Source of the DNA: Stylophora pistillata
Lineage: Eukaryota
NCBI RefSeq assembly: GCF_002571385.2
Contig: NW_019217952.1
Location: 137,938 to 201,937, forward strand
Length of the DNA stretch: 64,000 nucleotides
Direction of reading: 5' to 3'
Within the stretch, counting starts at the first letter, position 1, and each line of letters begins with the position of its first letter. The notes beneath the pieces are model-generated. The model made no database searches. It saw only the letters and a program-made list of their open reading frames with translations, and was not told the DNA's origin. A program made the position numbers and the translations under genes. This document shows positions 61,130 through 64,000 of the stretch, one piece after another.

Positions 61130-63572
61130 CTATTCAAATGCTGTTCTCCTCCTCGGAACAAACTACGGATGCAAATTGCCGTTGTCAAATTAAAGATAAG
61201 GCTTGAGGTGACTCTGTTTAAACTCGCAAGGTAACCCGATAAAAGACAGGGCAGAATGCCATCCAAGGTTGTAAAAATATTCCTATCGCCTCATGCCAGA
61301 GAAAACGGGGTAAATTTCGGCACAAATGAGCCTCTTTTTTTTTTTTTTTTCAGACAATGCCAACACACTATCCTTCAAACAGACGATAATAACAGCCCAC
61401 TACGTTTCTCGATTCTTGCCACCCATTTGTTGGATAATGCACATATATGTATGAATAAAAAAAATTACACGAAGCAAGCAAACTTTGAGTAAAGAAACAG
61501 TTCAAAATGTAGATGTTGCACTAACCCTTGCATGAGGTCCTCTCGCTTTCATATGATCTGCTTCATGTCTCAACATCCTATCATATCCCTCTTTCTCTCG
61601 CCTTCAACAAAATGTGTAATTTACACGCACATTGAGTCTATGTGTAAAACCAGTAAACTACTTAAACTACCTTACCAAAAACGTTTGAAAGTCGCTGAAA
61701 GGCATAAGGCAACTGCCATTTCAACTACAAGCAGCTTCCATGAGTTTCATGGAAACAGAGTTTCACCATCACTCAAAGTCATAAATATTTTATTGATGAT
61801 AAAAGCATTGTTACCTTTCCCGTTCTAGCTCTTCTCTCTCAATTTGTTGCATTTCTTTGGCCTTTTCTCTGCGTGAAGTTATCTGTTCAAGTTCGATAGA
61901 TAAAAAAAGATAGTGTTGGAAGGGAAAAATCAGTAAGAGACGGGTTTCTACGGATGAAAGTAAAAGTTGAAGGGTAACGAGCGAAGTTGAATGAACGGGT
62001 TTTTTATTTTTTCAGATTCGAACCTGTGCTTGAATTTCTTCTTCTCGCTCCTTCCGTAATCTTGCCTCTTCACTCTTCTCCCTTGCTGTCATTCTCTGAA
62101 CTTCTTCTAATTCTCGCAACAGTTGTTCACGACTTTCGATTGACTCCTGTTGCCGGCGTTTATTTTCCTCCATTTTGTTATCCAGCTGTTTTCTCCGAAC
62201 GTCTAAGACCTAGCAGAGGACAAGACAAGCTGTTAAAAAAAATATAACTTTATGAAGAAATCTCAAAAAACAGATGTAAACAACAATGCGCTCTCCTTAC
62301 TTCAGCCATCAGTCTCTCTCGGGCCAGTCTTTCCCGTTCCCACTCTGCTTCTCTCTTGGTCCACATTCGAGCTGCTTCATCTCTATGTATCACAAATTTA
62401 CGACAAATAACCCTTACATCTTTGAGAGTGACTAGCATCTAATTTCCCCTTACAACATCACCCCTCAACCACATATTATGGTCACGTGAATAAAGAAAAT
62501 GATCACCAACTACAGATGCTCAGGATTGTTAAACAAATTCTCCTTGTCAGCACTTTAGACAATGTAGAGTAAACAGTATCAGGGCTTAAAATAACAGCCG
62601 GTTAACGGCCAAAGTCCGGTCAAATAAACGCATGGTCCGGTCATCTCTGAGAAAGGGTGGACATTGTGTCCGGTTCATCACGCATGAAAAGAAGAATTTA
62701 AACCCGATCTAAGTTGGAGTTTTAAATGCTTTAAAGGTTCAAAATTATTGGCACTCTTAGGAAAAAAGAGGGAAAAGATAGATACTAGACCAGACCAAGA
62801 ACTTTTGACAACTTTTTAATAACGGATCACAACGACTGTACAGTAAGAAGGTATTGCAAATTTTCACTTTATCATTCATCTATTTGTCGCGACATTCAGC
62901 GAGTTTTCCGGATACAAGTGTCTATAATCGGATACTTATGTCTGAATCGGACACTAGTGCCTAAAATCGGACACTAGTGTCTGAAATCTGTATTTGCGCC
63001 TGAAATCGGACACTAGCGTCTGAAATCTGTATTTGTGCCTGAAATCGGACACTAGTGCCTAAAATCGGACATTAGTGTCTGAAATCTGTATTTGTGCCTG
63101 AAATCGGACACTAGTGTCTAAAATTGGAAACTGGTGACCACAATCAGACGCAAGTGTGTAAACTTAGTTAAGATTTTTTCCAACGAGTTGATAGAAGGGT
63201 GGAAGTTTGCTGTATGAACCTCTATCATAAACCAAAGTTAAGCAAACGCATCGCAACCTAGCATTAGTCTCCAAACTTGGTCACAACTGCTATGAATGTT
63301 ATATTAAGGCTTGTCAATAGTTACAAACTACAGTTGCAATATTGTTACCATTACCTGTAGAGCATGTCTAACTCTGCTTCCCTTTGTTGTTCAAGTTTAA
63401 GTTGTTGTTCAACAACCTTCAAAAGAAACATAATAAGTATATGTATCTCAAACTTCTTCCCAGAGAAAAACATTTTGAAATAAATTTCAAAAACTGTTAC
63501 CTGTCTCATGTATTCTGCGTCAGCGCGGGCTTTCTCTCGTCTTGAAGTCTCGATTATTTTATCTTGATCTTC
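61130..63572 (-). CDS. TCHP: Trichoplein keratin filament-binding protein, 5'-partial. Exons: 63501-63572, 63355-63416, 62301-62382, 62024-62209, 61815-61882, 61526-61601, 61130-61162
   Basis: In-frame join gives the coiled coil [64 protein letters not shown]...QQESIESREQLLRELEE...RRRTAFE*, matching the trichoplein C-terminus. Confidence 0.88.
62905..63160. repeat. 19/20-bp minisatellite array inside a probable DNA-transposon remnant in a TCHP intron
   Basis: Alternating GTGTCTGAAATCTGTATTT / GTGCCTGAAATCGGACACTA units. The upstream CAGGGCTTAAAATAACAGCCGG start at 62580 truncates another repeat. Confidence 0.8.
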
Positions 63573-64000
63573 CTATTCATTAAAAGAATTGAGACAAAGA
63601 AAACCAGCTTTCCACTTGCAAGGTTAGTAAACGAGTCTAACCATTTAATTTCTGGTCAATCTGTATAAGACCATATTCATCCTTAGATCTGTCATACCAA
63701 GGATATAAGCTAGAATGACGATCTTCTTTGGAACTGTCTTATAACCTTTTAAGCCTACAATACAACAGTTGCGTGTTGTTTACAAATTTTCATAAATCTG
63801 ATCTCCACATGATTTCTGTTAACACTGGTTGAGAAAGTTTTTCCTCATAGATATAGATTTCTTTTAAGAAAAATCTCGTATTTCTCGTATTTGGTAAATT
63901 GGGAGGAGAAATTAAGTTCTCTTCATCGGGTTGTGGCTTAAATGGTATGATCCTTTTCAAGCAGAAACTTTTAAATGCCCATAATTGGATTTATTAGTAA

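Overview
Eukaryotic nuclear DNA, almost certainly from a stony coral (pocilloporid-like, judged from the embedded mtDNA and the repeat families). Four spliced genes were read by eye. GTF2H3 (minus strand, 11 exons, 3' end off the left edge) sits head-to-head with a very large HECTD4 gene (plus strand, 45 visible exons, 6339-44860), with only 178 bp between their start codons. A 5-exon secreted transcobalamin/intrinsic-factor-like gene (about 421 aa) and the 3' half of trichoplein (TCHP, minus strand) follow. The most striking structure lies in a HECTD4 intron: a 581-bp near-perfect foldback palindrome joined directly to about 2.8 kb of intact mitochondrial DNA (nad4 3' end, 12S, cox3, cox2, nad4L 5' part). 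It sits where conserved HECTD4 coding sequence appears to be missing, so it is either a fresh NUMT with a deletion or an assembly chimera. The next exon has its splice acceptor quadruplicated in frame. The window also holds two Penelope-type retroelement remnants with hammerhead-ribozyme motifs, LINE 3' fragments, tRNA-derived SINEs, many MITE-like elements, minisatellites and four assembly gaps. Homology calls rest on recalled vertebrate sequences; no database search was run.
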